Numbered from the stretch's first letter, positions 40,190 to 52,412 are shown. The stretch: DNA of 64,000 nucleotides from Actibacterium sp. 188UL27-1 (GCF_016901225.1 NZ_JAFEUL010000001.1:174773-238772); one strand, 5' to 3'. The notes: generated by a model not told the origin, from the letters alone. Numbers and translations are program-made.

Positions 40190-41176
40190 ATGGGCAAAAT
40201 TCTGGTAACCGGCAGTTCGGGCCATCTGGGCGAGGCGCTCATGCGGGTCTTGTCGGATGAGGGGCAAGGTGTTGTGGGCCTGGACATCAAGCCAGGGCCG
40301 TTCACCGATGTGGTTGGTAGTATCGCCGACGCTGATTTGGTTGCTCAGGTCATGTCGGGGGTCGACGCCGTTCTGCATGCCGCAACTCTGCACAAGCCCC
40401 ATGCCGCAACTCATGATCGCCGGGATTTCATTGAAGTCAATGTCGGCGGTACGCAAACGCTGCTTGATGCGGCTGTTGCAGCAAATGTTGGTGCGTTCGT
40501 CTTTACATCAACGACCAGTGCCTTTGGAGCTGCGCTGACACCGGCGCCGGGTGCTCCTGCCGCCTGGATCGACGAAACCGTCACGCCCGTTCCGCGCAAT
40601 ATCTATGGGGTCACCAAATGTGCGGCTGAGGATTTGTGCCAACTCACCCACCGTACCGACGGCCTGCCGGTGGTGGTGCTGAGGGTTTCGAGGTTCTTTC
40701 CGGAACAGGATGACAATGCGCAGATGCGCGGTGCCTATGCCGATGCCAATTTGAAGGCGACTGAATTTCTGTTTCGCCGGGTGGATATCGCAGATGTGGT
40801 GACGGCTCACCTTTGTGCGCTGCGTCACGCGGCCTCCGTCGGATTTGGCAAATACATCATCAGTGGGGCGACGCCGTTCAAACCAGATGATACATCCGCG
40901 TTGGCGCAAGATGCCCCGGCAGTTGTTGCGCAATACGTGCCGAATTTTCTGGAAATCTATGCTCAGCTTGGATTTCGGATGTTCCCGCATATCACGCGGG
41001 TTTATGATAGCGGCAAGGCCCAAGCCGACCTGGACTGGCAGCCACACCATGACTTCCGATCCGTTTTGGTACAGCTTGCCGCCGGCGAACTGATTGGCAG
41101 TGATCTGGCGCGCAAAGTGGGTGCCAAAGGATACCATGAGACGGTGTTTGCCGAGGGACCCTATCCGGTCGAATAA
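40190..41176 (+). CDS. NAD(P)-dependent epimerase/dehydratase family protein
   Basis: MGKILVTGSSGHLGEAL Rossmann motif and YGVTK catalytic YxxxK. Confidence 0.85.
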   Translation: MGKILVTGSSGHLGEALMRVLSDEGQGVVGLDIKPGPFTDVVGSIADADLVAQVMSGVDAVLHAATLHKPHAATHDRRDFIEVNVGGTQTLLDAAVAANVGAFVFTSTTSAFGAALTPAPGAPAAWIDETVTPVPRNIYGVTKCAAEDLCQLTHRTDGLPVVVLRVSRFFPEQDDNAQMRGAYADANLKATEFLFRRVDIADVVTAHLCALRHAASVGFGKYIISGATPFKPDDTSALAQDAPAVVAQYVPNFLEIYAQLGFRMFPHITRVYDSGKAQADLDWQPHHDFRSVLVQLAAGELIGSDLARKVGAKGYHETVFAEGPYPVE

Positions 41177-41217
41177 CGCCTCTTGTACTGGCTCGCCCGA
41201 TCGTTCAATGGCGTGGG

Positions 41218-42348
41218 ATGGGAAGGTCTTCGACACTCTATATCTCGCGCAAACCGGCGACGGCCTTTGTGGTCATGGGCCTGTGCTGGGGGGCATTTGC
41301 GGCCTATGTCCCGCAGATCAAGGCCAGTGTCGGGGTAGGTGATGCGCTGTTTGGCGCAGTCCTGTCGATGGCCTCGCTCGGGTTGATTGCGGCCATGTGG
41401 GTCGCGCCACCGCTGGATGTGCGATTGGGGCGGCGCGGCATTGCGGTGGCGTCCGTGATCCTGGGCACTGCGTTTCTGTTGCCGGGCTTGTCCTATAATC
41501 CAGTCTTTCTGGGCGTGGCCATGCTGGCGGTCGCCTTGGCTTCGGGCTTGGCCGATATTCTGATGAACGCTCGGGTGAGCGAGTTGGAGGCGCGGCACAA
41601 ACGATCACTGATGAATTTCAACCATGCCATGTTTTCCTTTGCCTATGCGGGGGGTGCTGTCTTTTCCGGCATCGGTCGCGCGTTCGAGACGCCGCCTATC
41701 GCGATATTCGGCCTCCTTTGGGTGGTGATTCTGGGGCTCAGCCTGGCGATGCAGACCCCGCGCTCCCCCCGTCGTAAAGAGGGGGAGGCGCGGCCCGGTT
41801 TACCGCTTGGCATCATTATTCCGGGTGGGTTGATCGTGCTGCTGGCTTTCATGGTGGAAGGTGCCACCGATACGTGGTCTGCTTTGCATATCGAACGTAC
41901 CTTGGCCGGGGCCCCGACAGAGGGCGCGCTTGGCCCAGCGATGCTGGGCCTGACCATGGGCATCGGCCGCTATGCCGGGCAGGTGCTGAGCAACCGGATG
42001 CGAGACTCCGTTTTGCTCAGCGGGGCGGCGTTGCTGACGGCGTTGGGGGCAGGGATCGCAGCCTTGGCATCCGAGCCGTGGGTCGCCTATCTGGGATTTG
42101 GCACGCTGGGGTTAGGCGTGTCGGTGATCGCCCCCACGGCCCTGGCACTGACCGGTCGGCGCATCCCGCGTCAGGATCGGACGGTGGCTATCGCCCGCGT
42201 CTCGGTCATCGGCTTTTCGGGCTTTTTCGTCGGCCCTCCCATCATGGGGCTGGTGTCAGAGTTCAGCTCGCTACGCTACAGCTTTGCCGCGATGGGTGTG
42301 TTGATCCTTCTGGTTCTTCCACTGCTGATCCCATTGCGGCGGATCTAG
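41218..42348 (+). CDS. MFS transporter
   Basis: Twelve-TM architecture in a 376-aa protein. Confidence 0.75.
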   Translation: MGRSSTLYISRKPATAFVVMGLCWGAFAAYVPQIKASVGVGDALFGAVLSMASLGLIAAMWVAPPLDVRLGRRGIAVASVILGTAFLLPGLSYNPVFLGVAMLAVALASGLADILMNARVSELEARHKRSLMNFNHAMFSFAYAGGAVFSGIGRAFETPPIAIFGLLWVVILGLSLAMQTPRSPRRKEGEARPGLPLGIIIPGGLIVLLAFMVEGATDTWSALHIERTLAGAPTEGALGPAMLGLTMGIGRYAGQVLSNRMRDSVLLSGAALLTALGAGIAALASEPWVAYLGFGTLGLGVSVIAPTALALTGRRIPRQDRTVAIARVSVIGFSGFFVGPPIMGLVSEFSSLRYSFAAMGVLILLVLPLLIPLRRI

Positions 42349-42416
42349 TAAATCACATATCGTGCCGATACCGGTTACAATCGACGTGCCGGGATCTAGC
42401 GGGGTTTACTTGTTGT

Positions 42417-44408
42417 TTATGTTTTCGTCTGTCGTTGCCTGCGGCTCGTGAGGGTGAGGGCGACCAGGGCTGAGCCGAAGAGAAGCAGGCTGGCCGGCAG
42501 CGGGACGGGTGCAACAAGGGTACGCAGTTCGCCAAGCGTGTAGGTGACCTCCGGGTTATCGGCGAACGCAAAGACCTCGAAATCGAGGAAGGAGAGGCGA
42601 GCGCGTTGGTTATCTTCATCCTGGAATAGCAGATCGATGAAGGAACCGCCGCCAGTCTGGAATTTCAAATCGTCAATTCCAACCGAAAAGGTGACCGTGT
42701 CGATGTCCGCGCCGCCGTCGAAGATGCCGTCGAAAACCCCGCCATAGAGGATGTTGCCACCACCGGCGATGTCGACAAAGGCCAACATGTCATCCCCGCC
42801 TCCGAACAGGGCGGACCCAAAGATGCCCTGCTGCCGGTCGCCGCGCAGCCCTTTATACTCATCGAAAATCGTGACCCGTTCCACGCCATCGCCAAGGTTT
42901 AGCGCGGGGCCCCCACGTCCTTCGATCCGGCCAGAACTGTTGATCTCAGCCGTCCCTGTGGAGGTCGATGTATCAATACCGACCCCGCCTGAAACGTGGC
43001 CAAGTACATCAATGGAAGCCCGCGAAGTGTGGTAATATGGTGCATCTCCCTTCAGGCGTATGCCTGCCTCGGACCCGGAAACGTCGGACACCGTGATCGC
43101 AATCTCGCCGGACACCCTATTGTCTACGACGATGCCATCTCCGTTGTTACCGATGACGGCCCCTGCCGTTGTATCCAATCGTGACAGATTGCGTTCACCG
43201 GAGTAGCCGTACAGCCTGATGCCATTTGAACCACCAACGACATCTGCCGTGGTGATATCAAATGTTCCGGAAAATCCGCCATCTAACGCGATCCCTGATC
43301 TTGTTTCACCAATCACCGTTCCTGCGGTTGTATCGATAACCTCGGAACCCTGATTGTAGTTCACGATATTAAGACCTCTCGTTCGGCCTGTAACATCGCC
43401 CGTTTTGATCAGGGCGTCGCCCCCACCGCCACCGACGTCAATGCCTATGCCGTTTGTCGCTGTGATCGCGCCTGCGGTCGTATCAATCTGAGTTCCAGAA
43501 TAAACGCCGGCACCGGTTCTGATCCCAAATTCTGCACCAACCACGTCGGCAGTTATGACATCGATATAAGTCCCATCAGGACCGCCGTAGTAATTGATGT
43601 CAGAATGAAATGCCGAAATGCCCGTACCGGTGACCCCAGTAACAGTCCCCGCAGTCGTATCGATTTCGATCGTGCCGAATGTGGCTGGCGAACTTGCATT
43701 GATACCATCAGAAGAGCCGGCGACATCGGCAGTACTAATTTTGATGTCACCGCTTTGTCCGATTATGCCGGAGCCCCCTGTTCCCGTCACGGTACCGGCT
43801 ATGGTATCAATTCGTAGGCTTGCTTTGTATCCATCAGCATCTTCATCGATTGCTTCAATTCCAGAATAACCGATCACATCCGCAGTGGTGATCGTAACAT
43901 AGTCTCTTTTGACAGCCGCGCGGATCCCGGTGCCGTCGAGCGACTTGAGTGCTCCATCTGCTGTGTCTATTTGAATATCGTTAGGCAATGAAAACATAGG
44001 CGATGCAGTTCCGATTGTCTGGATACTGATCGCATGATCTGAGGCCCTGATATTACTAGTGGTGACTTCGATTTTCTGATTTTCGTCTAGCAGATAGACA
44101 TAAGCTTCGATGCCTCTGCCTCCTGACTGCGTGGAGTCGAGGCCGAAGTCGGGGGCACTGGTGATCGTGACATCCCCCACGATGGGACCTACGCTTTCGG
44201 TAACATCTGTGGTGACACCTGCCGGTCCACTGCACAGATATGTGCCAGCTGCCCCCGTCGATGCAGCACATGTCCCGGCTTGAGTGATGCGGCTATAGCC
44301 GCCGGCCAGGGTTCCGGCGGCGAGGCCAATCGCCAACCGGCCAAGGGCGGTGCTGGCTGAAAGGGAGCTTTGGATGGACTGGTTCACCTTGAAATCAGAC
44401 ATGGGCAA
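42417..44408 (-). CDS. Secreted repeat protein with VPLPA-CTERM sorting signal (putative exosortase XrtD substrate)
   Basis: About 15 tandem repeats of roughly 27-28 aa (IDTTAGTVTG...GIxx / ITTADVVGxxxGI). The C-terminal VPLPASLLLFGSALVALTLTSRRQRQTKT has the VPLPA motif, a TM helix and a basic tail. Gly-Asp-rich segments precede it. Confidence 0.7.
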   Translation of the reverse strand: MPMSDFKVNQSIQSSLSASTALGRLAIGLAAGTLAGGYSRITQAGTCAASTGAAGTYLCSGPAGVTTDVTESVGPIVGDVTITSAPDFGLDSTQSGGRGIEAYVYLLDENQKIEVTTSNIRASDHAISIQTIGTASPMFSLPNDIQIDTADGALKSLDGTGIRAAVKRDYVTITTADVIGYSGIEAIDEDADGYKASLRIDTIAGTVTGTGGSGIIGQSGDIKISTADVAGSSDGINASSPATFGTIEIDTTAGTVTGVTGTGISAFHSDINYYGGPDGTYIDVITADVVGAEFGIRTGAGVYSGTQIDTTAGAITATNGIGIDVGGGGGDALIKTGDVTGRTRGLNIVNYNQGSEVIDTTAGTVIGETRSGIALDGGFSGTFDITTADVVGGSNGIRLYGYSGERNLSRLDTTAGAVIGNNGDGIVVDNRVSGEIAITVSDVSGSEAGIRLKGDAPYYHTSRASIDVLGHVSGGVGIDTSTSTGTAEINSSGRIEGRGGPALNLGDGVERVTIFDEYKGLRGDRQQGIFGSALFGGGDDMLAFVDIAGGGNILYGGVFDGIFDGGADIDTVTFSVGIDDLKFQTGGGSFIDLLFQDEDNQRARLSFLDFEVFAFADNPEVTYTLGELRTLVAPVPLPASLLLFGSALVALTLTSRRQRQTKT

Positions 44409-44418
44409 TCTCCTTGGG

Positions 44419-45537
44419 TTAGATTTTGGAGGGCTCGGTCGGAGGCGCTTTCGCGCGGTCTTGGTGCGTAATCAGGTTGGGAAGTTCCGGCGCATTTGGG
44501 CTCACGGCCATGGGGCAGGTGAGGCCGGGGAAAACCTCAACATCATAGATTTCAGCCACGGGACCATCGAGGCGCAGCCAGTCCAGACAGGCGCCGCTGG
44601 TCAGGTCGATCACCTGCACCCCGCACCACGCCTCGCTATCGGCCGCGTGCAGACGGTCGTCCAATGCCAGCCCTTCGAACCGGTTGTAGCGGGGCTTTGA
44701 CAGTCCCACGAACGCAAAGTCCCCCGCAAAACTGAGCCCGCGCAGGAAGCCGGGGCAAAAGGCGATGGGCTCGAACTGGCCCGGACCATCGGTCCCATCC
44801 GGTAGGGCGACCCGGCCAAACTCCCCGGTTCCTGCATTCAGTACGTAAAGAATGCCGTTATGCAGCCGGGGGCTGTGGGGCATCGACAGGCCCTCGCAAA
44901 CGATCTGGCCCGTCGCCACATCAATGACCACGCCGCCATCTGCCCGCCGGTCCCGCCAGCCATCAATGGTGTTCGACCGGCTGACAGCAGTGGCATAGGC
45001 GGGCTGGCCCTCCCGCATCGCCAGCCCGTTCAGGTGGCAGCGATCCTCATCAATAATGACGTCGATGAAAGGCGGCTGCCAGATTGCGCGGAAACTGTCG
45101 CGCGGATCGACGGTGGCCAGGCAGTTGAAGCGGGTATTGACGAAAATCGGCGTGCCATCCGCGCCGATTCCGACATCATGGCCCTCCAGCCGCCCGGTTA
45201 TATGGATGATCCGGGGGGCGAAACAGGCGTCAAAGATCTGGTTGGCACGTTCGCCCGGGCGCAGGACATTCTCAAACCGGAGGATCTGCCCACCTGCCGA
45301 CAGGACAAGCCGCCCATCTTTGGCGTCATATCGCAGCCCCATGGGCCTCGGCATGGCGGATTGGTGAATGTGCAAACCGCGATCGGTTCGCCCGGCCAAA
45401 TAGAGCAACCCGGATTGATACGATGTAAACCCAACCGCACAGCCCAAAGCCGCCAACCGGCTAACAAAACCACCCGACGCCGAGAACTTAGTCTCCTGTG
45501 CAACATCGGGCGTGGTTGTTTCTGAAGCGCTTGACAA
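44419..45537 (-). CDS. Conserved hypothetical protein immediately upstream of the VPLPA-CTERM gene (possibly TIGR03032-like)
   Basis: A 372-aa protein without an obvious signal peptide. There are 10 bp between its stop and the VPLPA gene start. The family assignment comes from memory only. Confidence 0.4.
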   Translation of the reverse strand: MSSASETTTPDVAQETKFSASGGFVSRLAALGCAVGFTSYQSGLLYLAGRTDRGLHIHQSAMPRPMGLRYDAKDGRLVLSAGGQILRFENVLRPGERANQIFDACFAPRIIHITGRLEGHDVGIGADGTPIFVNTRFNCLATVDPRDSFRAIWQPPFIDVIIDEDRCHLNGLAMREGQPAYATAVSRSNTIDGWRDRRADGGVVIDVATGQIVCEGLSMPHSPRLHNGILYVLNAGTGEFGRVALPDGTDGPGQFEPIAFCPGFLRGLSFAGDFAFVGLSKPRYNRFEGLALDDRLHAADSEAWCGVQVIDLTSGACLDWLRLDGPVAEIYDVEVFPGLTCPMAVSPNAPELPNLITHQDRAKAPPTEPSKI

Positions 45538-45647
45538 GGCAATGATCTCAAAAGGTAACTGTTGAAATTAAACATGAATTACCCCACGGCCAAAAGACCT
45601 AGATTTGGTATCCTGTCGGCCCAACTTTGTGCCGGTGACTTTCCTGA

Positions 45648-47027
<1,380 letters not shown>

Positions 47028-47059
47028 TGATGGCAGTGATGGCGCAGAAATGACGGAGC

Positions 47060-47446
47060 ATGCCGATGACTGATCGCAAAACCCGCGGAATGGCCGCGCG
47101 GAGATTGGTTTTGGGCGATGATCATGTGGACAGGGCCGCTGTCGGCACAACCGCCTTTGACGAACCCTTTCAGACCCTGATCACCGAAGGAGCCTGGGGT
47201 ACGTTGTGGGCGGATGACACGATCTCCCACCGGGACCGCTCCCTTTTGACGCTGGCCCTGCTGGCCGCGACGGCCAGTTTCGATGAAATTCCGATGCATA
47301 TCCGAGCGACCGCAAGAACGGGAGCCAGCCCGTCGGAGGTTATGCAAGCCCTTCTGCATGTCGCTGTCTATGCCGGTGTGCCGAAGGCCAACCATGCGAT
47401 CAAGTTGGCCAAACAGACCTATACCGAGATGGGAGTTGAGCTGTGA
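47060..47446 (+). CDS. pcaC: 4-carboxymuconolactone decarboxylase
   Basis: Carboxymuconolactone decarboxylase family of about 128 aa, sitting upstream of pcaHG. Confidence 0.85.
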   Translation: MPMTDRKTRGMAARRLVLGDDHVDRAAVGTTAFDEPFQTLITEGAWGTLWADDTISHRDRSLLTLALLAATASFDEIPMHIRATARTGASPSEVMQALLHVAVYAGVPKANHAIKLAKQTYTEMGVEL

Positions 47447-48162
47447 TCGCCTCCTTCTATCCGCGGGACCGACACCGGCATCCCCAGGCTTTGACACCGG
47501 ATTACAAAAGCTCGGTCACCCGGTCGCCGCGCTATCCGCTATTGAGCATCGACCAAACCACCAGTGAGCGGACGGGGCCTACCTTTGGCCATGGCGATAT
47601 CAATCCGGGCGATAACGATCTGCTTTTGAACCATGCCCAGACCGGGGACCCGATTGGCGAGCGGATCATCGTCCATGGCCGTGTTCTGGATGAAAACGCC
47701 AAACCTGTTCCGGGCGCCCTGATCGAGATTTGGCAAGCCAATGCCGGGGGGCGATATCGGCACAGAAACGACCGTTACCTGGCGCCGATTGATCCCAATT
47801 TCGGGGGATGCGGGCGAACATTGACCGATGATACCGGAGCATATGCCTTTCGGACGGTCAAACCCGGCGCCTATCCCTGGCGCAATCATGGAAACAACTG
47901 GCGGCCCGCCCATATCCATTTCAGTGTTTTCGGCACCGCGTTTTGTCAACGACTGATCACGCAGCTTTACTTTGAAGGGGATCCGTTGATTTCCCTGTGC
48001 CCGATCGTGCGATCGATCGCAGATGAAGCCGCCATTGCGGCATTGACCGCTCGTTTGGACATGAAGACCACAGCGTCCTTTGATGCCATCGCGTATCGGT
48101 TCGATATCATCCTGCGCGGACAGCCGGCGACACCGTTCGAACATCAATTGGAGGGCAATTGA
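47443..48162 (+). CDS. pcaH: Protocatechuate 3,4-dioxygenase beta subunit
   Basis: ...[14 protein letters not shown]...PAHIHFSV... with ATGA coupling to pcaC. Confidence 0.92.
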   Translation: MIASFYPRDRHRHPQALTPDYKSSVTRSPRYPLLSIDQTTSERTGPTFGHGDINPGDNDLLLNHAQTGDPIGERIIVHGRVLDENAKPVPGALIEIWQANAGGRYRHRNDRYLAPIDPNFGGCGRTLTDDTGAYAFRTVKPGAYPWRNHGNNWRPAHIHFSVFGTAFCQRLITQLYFEGDPLISLCPIVRSIADEAAIAALTARLDMKTTASFDAIAYRFDIILRGQPATPFEHQLEGN

Positions 48163-48770
48163 TGCCAGGCTTGGCCGATGATCTGCATGAAACACCATCG
48201 CAAACGGCGGGGCCCTACGTGCATATCGGGCTGACACCTGATGCGGCGGGCATCAGCATCTATGGCGGTGATTTGGGGGGTGCCATCGCTGGCCCCGCGT
48301 CGCCGGGTGAGCGCATTCGGGTCGAAGGGGTCATCTTTGACGGGACCGGCACGCCGATCACGGATGCTTTGCTGGAGATCTGGCAGGCCGATGCATCGGG
48401 CCTCTATCCCAAGCCTGGCGCACAGACGGATGATGACTTTCGCGGATGGGCGCGCGCCATTACGGATTTCACAACCGGGCTTTGGCATTTTGAGACTGTA
48501 AAACCCGGCCCGATAGTGGAGGGCAACGGAGCCACCCAAGCCCCCCATATCAACCTCTGGATCGTGGCACGGGGTATCAATATCGGGCTGAACACGCGGA
48601 TCTATTTTGCTGACGAGGCCCAGGCCAATGAAAGCGATCCGGTTTTGAACATGATCGAATGGGGCAGCCGCCGTGCAACGCTGATGGCCCATCGTCACTG
48701 CGACACGCCTGTCTACCGCTTTGACATCCGGCTACAGGGCGAGGACGAGACGGTGTTTTTCGACGTCTAA
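48162..48770 (+). CDS. pcaG: Protocatechuate 3,4-dioxygenase alpha subunit
   Basis: [25 protein letters not shown]...LEIWQADASG... with a TGATG overlap with pcaH. Confidence 0.92.
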   Translation: MPGLADDLHETPSQTAGPYVHIGLTPDAAGISIYGGDLGGAIAGPASPGERIRVEGVIFDGTGTPITDALLEIWQADASGLYPKPGAQTDDDFRGWARAITDFTTGLWHFETVKPGPIVEGNGATQAPHINLWIVARGINIGLNTRIYFADEAQANESDPVLNMIEWGSRRATLMAHRHCDTPVYRFDIRLQGEDETVFFDV

Positions 48771-48791
48771 ACCGGCCTGTTGGCAGCGTGG

Positions 48792-50018
48792 TCAGATCAC
48801 GGCTTTTTCCATGATGGGCGCGTCCCGTGCAATCCTGTCATAGTGAAATGGCGTCAGATCCAGGCTTCGATATGCGCCATAGGTCAGCCATTCGGCGGTA
48901 CCACGGCCCATGGCCGGTGATTGCTGCAGACCATGACCCGAAAAACCATTGAGAAAGATGAAATTCTCAACCTCGTGGTGCGGTCCCATAATGGCGTTAT
49001 GATCAAAGACATTCATGGAATAATGCCCCGCCCACTCGCTGGTGACCTTGATCGCTTCGAATTGTGGGATGCGCGTCGCCAGCATAGGCCAGATATGCTG
49101 TTCCCACAGGGCGTGATCCATAGTGAAATCATCGTAAGCGACGGGTGGGTCATGGTCGCTATGGCCGCCACATTGATAGGTGCCGCCGCCGATTTCGCGC
49201 ACATGAACGCCTGATGGATCGATTGTCAGGGGCAGGTCACGGTCCAAGGGCTGTTCCGCTTTGAAGATCCATGTGAAGCGCTTTCGCGGCTCAACCGGGA
49301 CATCGATACCGATCATCTTGGTCGTTCGCGCCGCGCGTGGACCCGATGCATTGACCAATTGACCGCAAGAGATCACCTGACCACCGGCCAGCGCAACGCT
49401 TTCGACGCGGCTGCCCACCGGGTTCTTTGTCATCGCGACCACCTCGCCCGAGACATATTCGACCCCGCGTTCGCGGGCTTGCCGGCGCCACCAATCAAAA
49501 ACGGTCGCGCCGTCCCAATATCCTTCATCGACCAGGTTGATCGACCCCAGAACGATGTCATCGACGTTGTAAAACGGATAGTCCGCTTTGATCTGATCGG
49601 CTGTCATCAGTTGCGTGGCTGCACCCACTTGATGTTGAATCTTGGCGTTGGCGCGCAAAACAGTCGCAAATTCGGGTGTGTCCGCAAGATACATATACCC
49701 AAAAGAGTGAATGTTGAGATTTGGCACCCTGTCGTCGTTGCCCATGTAAGTGCGGATATTTTTGACGAAATCCGCCGCAAACTGGCTGATTTGCACATTG
49801 AGCGCTGTCGAGAATTGCTGGCGCATACATGAATTGGTGTGCGCGGTTGAGCACGCACCATAGGTCGGGTCGCGTTCAACCACTAGAACCGATCCATCGA
49901 AATCAGGATTGTCCGACAAGAACCAGGCTGTCGATGACCCCATGATCGCTCCACCGATGATCACGACGTCATAGGACGATCTGGTCGGTGATGTGTGAAA
50001 ACCGGCTGTAGACATCAA
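48792..50018 (-). CDS. FAD-dependent oxidoreductase (DAO/sarcosine-oxidase-beta-like)
   Basis: N-terminal YDVVIIGGAIMGSSTAWFL dinucleotide-binding motif in a 408-aa protein. Confidence 0.8.
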   Translation of the reverse strand: MMSTAGFHTSPTRSSYDVVIIGGAIMGSSTAWFLSDNPDFDGSVLVVERDPTYGACSTAHTNSCMRQQFSTALNVQISQFAADFVKNIRTYMGNDDRVPNLNIHSFGYMYLADTPEFATVLRANAKIQHQVGAATQLMTADQIKADYPFYNVDDIVLGSINLVDEGYWDGATVFDWWRRQARERGVEYVSGEVVAMTKNPVGSRVESVALAGGQVISCGQLVNASGPRAARTTKMIGIDVPVEPRKRFTWIFKAEQPLDRDLPLTIDPSGVHVREIGGGTYQCGGHSDHDPPVAYDDFTMDHALWEQHIWPMLATRIPQFEAIKVTSEWAGHYSMNVFDHNAIMGPHHEVENFIFLNGFSGHGLQQSPAMGRGTAEWLTYGAYRSLDLTPFHYDRIARDAPIMEKAVI

Positions 50019-50305
50019 AAACCCTCGCCCTGCTTGGCATGATTGAACATGTCTGTGACGTCCTGCGCATCTAAATTATGAAGTGGTCTCTGTTTTTCGG
50101 ACAGTTTTTAGATGTGCTTGGGTGGATCGGATTTGGTTTCGCATGACGATCTGGCTGGGTCAGAGGCGCGCCAACGACATCTCTCGTTTCCGCCACGGTC
50201 CTATGCTCATTGCGGCGTAACAGCGGTTTTGGCGGTATCTCATTGCTACAACAGCGTTTCCTTTAGCATTTCCTCGATGTTGCGAAATCCTGGCTCCTGG
50301 TCGAC

Positions 50306-51388
50306 TTAAGGCGCAGCGGCCGCTCGGAACGTCAAATCCTCGACCACGTCTTGGTTATCCACCAGGGCTTTCACCTTGTGATGAAGGGGCGATTTCGAAC
50401 AGACCGGATCAGTTGCGGCAGCATCGCCTGCAAGTGCCATGGCCTGGCACCGGCACCCCCCGAAATCGCGACCTTTGAATTCGCAGGACCGGCAAGGTTC
50501 TTGCATCCAAGCATCCCCGCGATAAGCGTTGAAGGCGGCGCTGTGATACCAGATATCCTTTAACGGGGTTTCCCCGATCCGCTCGAATGTGAGCTGTGGG
50601 ATCGTTTGTGCTGCGTGACAAGGCAATACGTGCCCGTCGGGCGCGATGTTCAAGCCGACCATACCCCAACCGCCCATGCAGCGTTTTGGCGCGTTTGAGT
50701 GGTAGTCTGCGGGGACGTAGTCCAACACCAAACGCCCCTCCAGCCGCTTGCGTGCCTCTGCCACGATCTTGCTTGCCGTGTCGGCTTGCTCTTTCGTAGG
50801 CATCAAGGAATCGCGGTTCTTCAACGCCCAGCCGTGGAACTGCACGATAGCAACCTCGATCCGCCGGGCGCCCATATCCATCGCCATCTCGATGGCTTGG
50901 GGAAGCTGATGCAGGTTTTTCCGGTGCAAAACCGTGTTCAGCGTCAAGGGAATCCCGAGTTCCCCGATCCATTCGGCGGCTTGCATCTTCCGTTTGAAGC
51001 CGCCTTTGTAACCGCCGATGTAATCCGCCATCTCGGCATCAGTGCCTTGCAAAGATAGCTGAACATGGTCCAAACCTGCCTCGTCCAAATCTTGCAAGCG
51101 CCGTTCTGTCAGACCGATGGCAGAGGTGATGAGATTTGTGTAAAGACCGGCTGCCCGGGCTGCAGCCACGAGTTCTGTGAGGTCTCGCCGTGCCGCGGGT
51201 TCCCCGCCGGATAAGTGCAGTTGCAACACGCCCAGATCGGCGGCTTGGCGAAAGGCATCGGCCCAGACATGGGTCGGCAATTCCTGTTCCTTGCGCGCAA
51301 GATCCAGCGGGTTCGAGCAATAGGGGCAAGACAGCGGGCACCGGTGGGTCAACTCGGCCAGCATGGCAATGGGTGGTGGAACCTTCAT
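50306..51388 (-). CDS. pqqE: PQQ biosynthesis radical SAM protein
   Basis: CPLSCPYCSN radical-SAM motif plus a SPASM-like C-terminal Cys cluster. Confidence 0.92.
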   Translation of the reverse strand: MKVPPPIAMLAELTHRCPLSCPYCSNPLDLARKEQELPTHVWADAFRQAADLGVLQLHLSGGEPAARRDLTELVAAARAAGLYTNLITSAIGLTERRLQDLDEAGLDHVQLSLQGTDAEMADYIGGYKGGFKRKMQAAEWIGELGIPLTLNTVLHRKNLHQLPQAIEMAMDMGARRIEVAIVQFHGWALKNRDSLMPTKEQADTASKIVAEARKRLEGRLVLDYVPADYHSNAPKRCMGGWGMVGLNIAPDGHVLPCHAAQTIPQLTFERIGETPLKDIWYHSAAFNAYRGDAWMQEPCRSCEFKGRDFGGCRCQAMALAGDAAATDPVCSKSPLHHKVKALVDNQDVVEDLTFRAAAAP

Positions 51389-51666
51389 GTGGCCACATCC
51401 ATGATCCGCCGGATCATCAGCCCATGCAGATATTCCCCCACATCTGATGTGATCTGGTCCAACGGGGCGTCGTATTTATCGGCCAGTGTCCGGGCTATGG
51501 TTTCAAATGTGCGCGTTCCGTCGATCTCTAACAAGATGGCGTGGCCGATCGGATCCAGGCTGATCGTGCGCTCGGGCGCGAGCAGGACCCATTGGTTCCG
51601 CACCTTGTCATGGTGCAGGCGAACGCCCCGCGGGATCACCGGGATGCTGGCCGCAGGAAGGGTCAT
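51385..51666 (-). CDS. pqqD: PQQ biosynthesis peptide chaperone
   Basis: A 93-aa protein with ATGA overlaps to both pqqC and pqqE. Confidence 0.85.
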   Translation of the reverse strand: MTLPAASIPVIPRGVRLHHDKVRNQWVLLAPERTISLDPIGHAILLEIDGTRTFETIARTLADKYDAPLDQITSDVGEYLHGLMIRRIMDVAT

Positions 51667-52412
51667 GACGCTTTGGCCGCCTGCGCCTTCAGAAAAGACC
51701 CGGGTTGCCAGGCACCGGGTGGGATCCGCGCCGGATCGACATAGGCTGCGTGGAGGGCATCCAACTGGGCCCACAAGACATCGGTTTTAAAGGTCAGGGC
51801 CGCTGCAGCGGCATCCTGTTTCTCTGCCGTGTCGGCATGGTCCAACACCCAGGACAGCCCGAATGCCACATCCTTGGGCGCTTCCTTGAGACGATTTTTG
51901 AAATAGGACAGGCTGCGATCATCAGCGAACGCATAGTTCGCCAACAGCCCCTCGATGCGCGCTGCGTGTATTTTCGGCGCGAAGAGTTCGGTCAGAGAGG
52001 CCGCTACCGCCTCCAGCAATGCCTTGTCGCGGACAAAGCGAACATAGGCGTCAACCGCAAACCGCGTCGCGGGCAGGACACCTTCCTTGCTGGCCACGTA
52101 ATCGCGGTCCAGCCCCACGGCATCTGCCAAACGCAACCATCGCTCGATCCCGCCCTCATTGTCGCCGGTCCCGTCATGATCCTCGATCCGCGACCGCCAG
52201 GCGCGCCGTAATTTGGGATCGTCAACGCGGCTCATGAATGCCGCATCCTTCATGGGGATGCTTGACTGATAGTAAAAACGGTTGATCACCCAGGCCCGCA
52301 CCTGATCGGGGCTGCACCCGCCGGAATGCAGAAGGTGATGGAAGGGGTGTTTATCGTGATAACGCTGGGCACCGATCTGGCGCAGCCGGACCTCGAATGC
52401 GGTCATTGTCAT
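51663..52412 (-). CDS. pqqC: Pyrroloquinoline-quinone synthase
   Basis: A 249-aa protein with PqqC family pattern (...YYQSSIPMKDAAF...). Confidence 0.92.
   Translation of the reverse strand: MTMTAFEVRLRQIGAQRYHDKHPFHHLLHSGGCSPDQVRAWVINRFYYQSSIPMKDAAFMSRVDDPKLRRAWRSRIEDHDGTGDNEGGIERWLRLADAVGLDRDYVASKEGVLPATRFAVDAYVRFVRDKALLEAVAASLTELFAPKIHAARIEGLLANYAFADDRSLSYFKNRLKEAPKDVAFGLSWVLDHADTAEKQDAAAAALTFKTDVLWAQLDALHAAYVDPARIPPGAWQPGSFLKAQAAKAS

Noticed and set aside
44050-44280. 71-aa Cys/His/Arg-rich minus-strand ORF (44056..44271) that could be a small metal-binding protein
   Set aside because: It lies within the VPLPA-CTERM repeat gene in another frame. The composition is explained by the Gly/Thr/Asp codon bias of the host gene.
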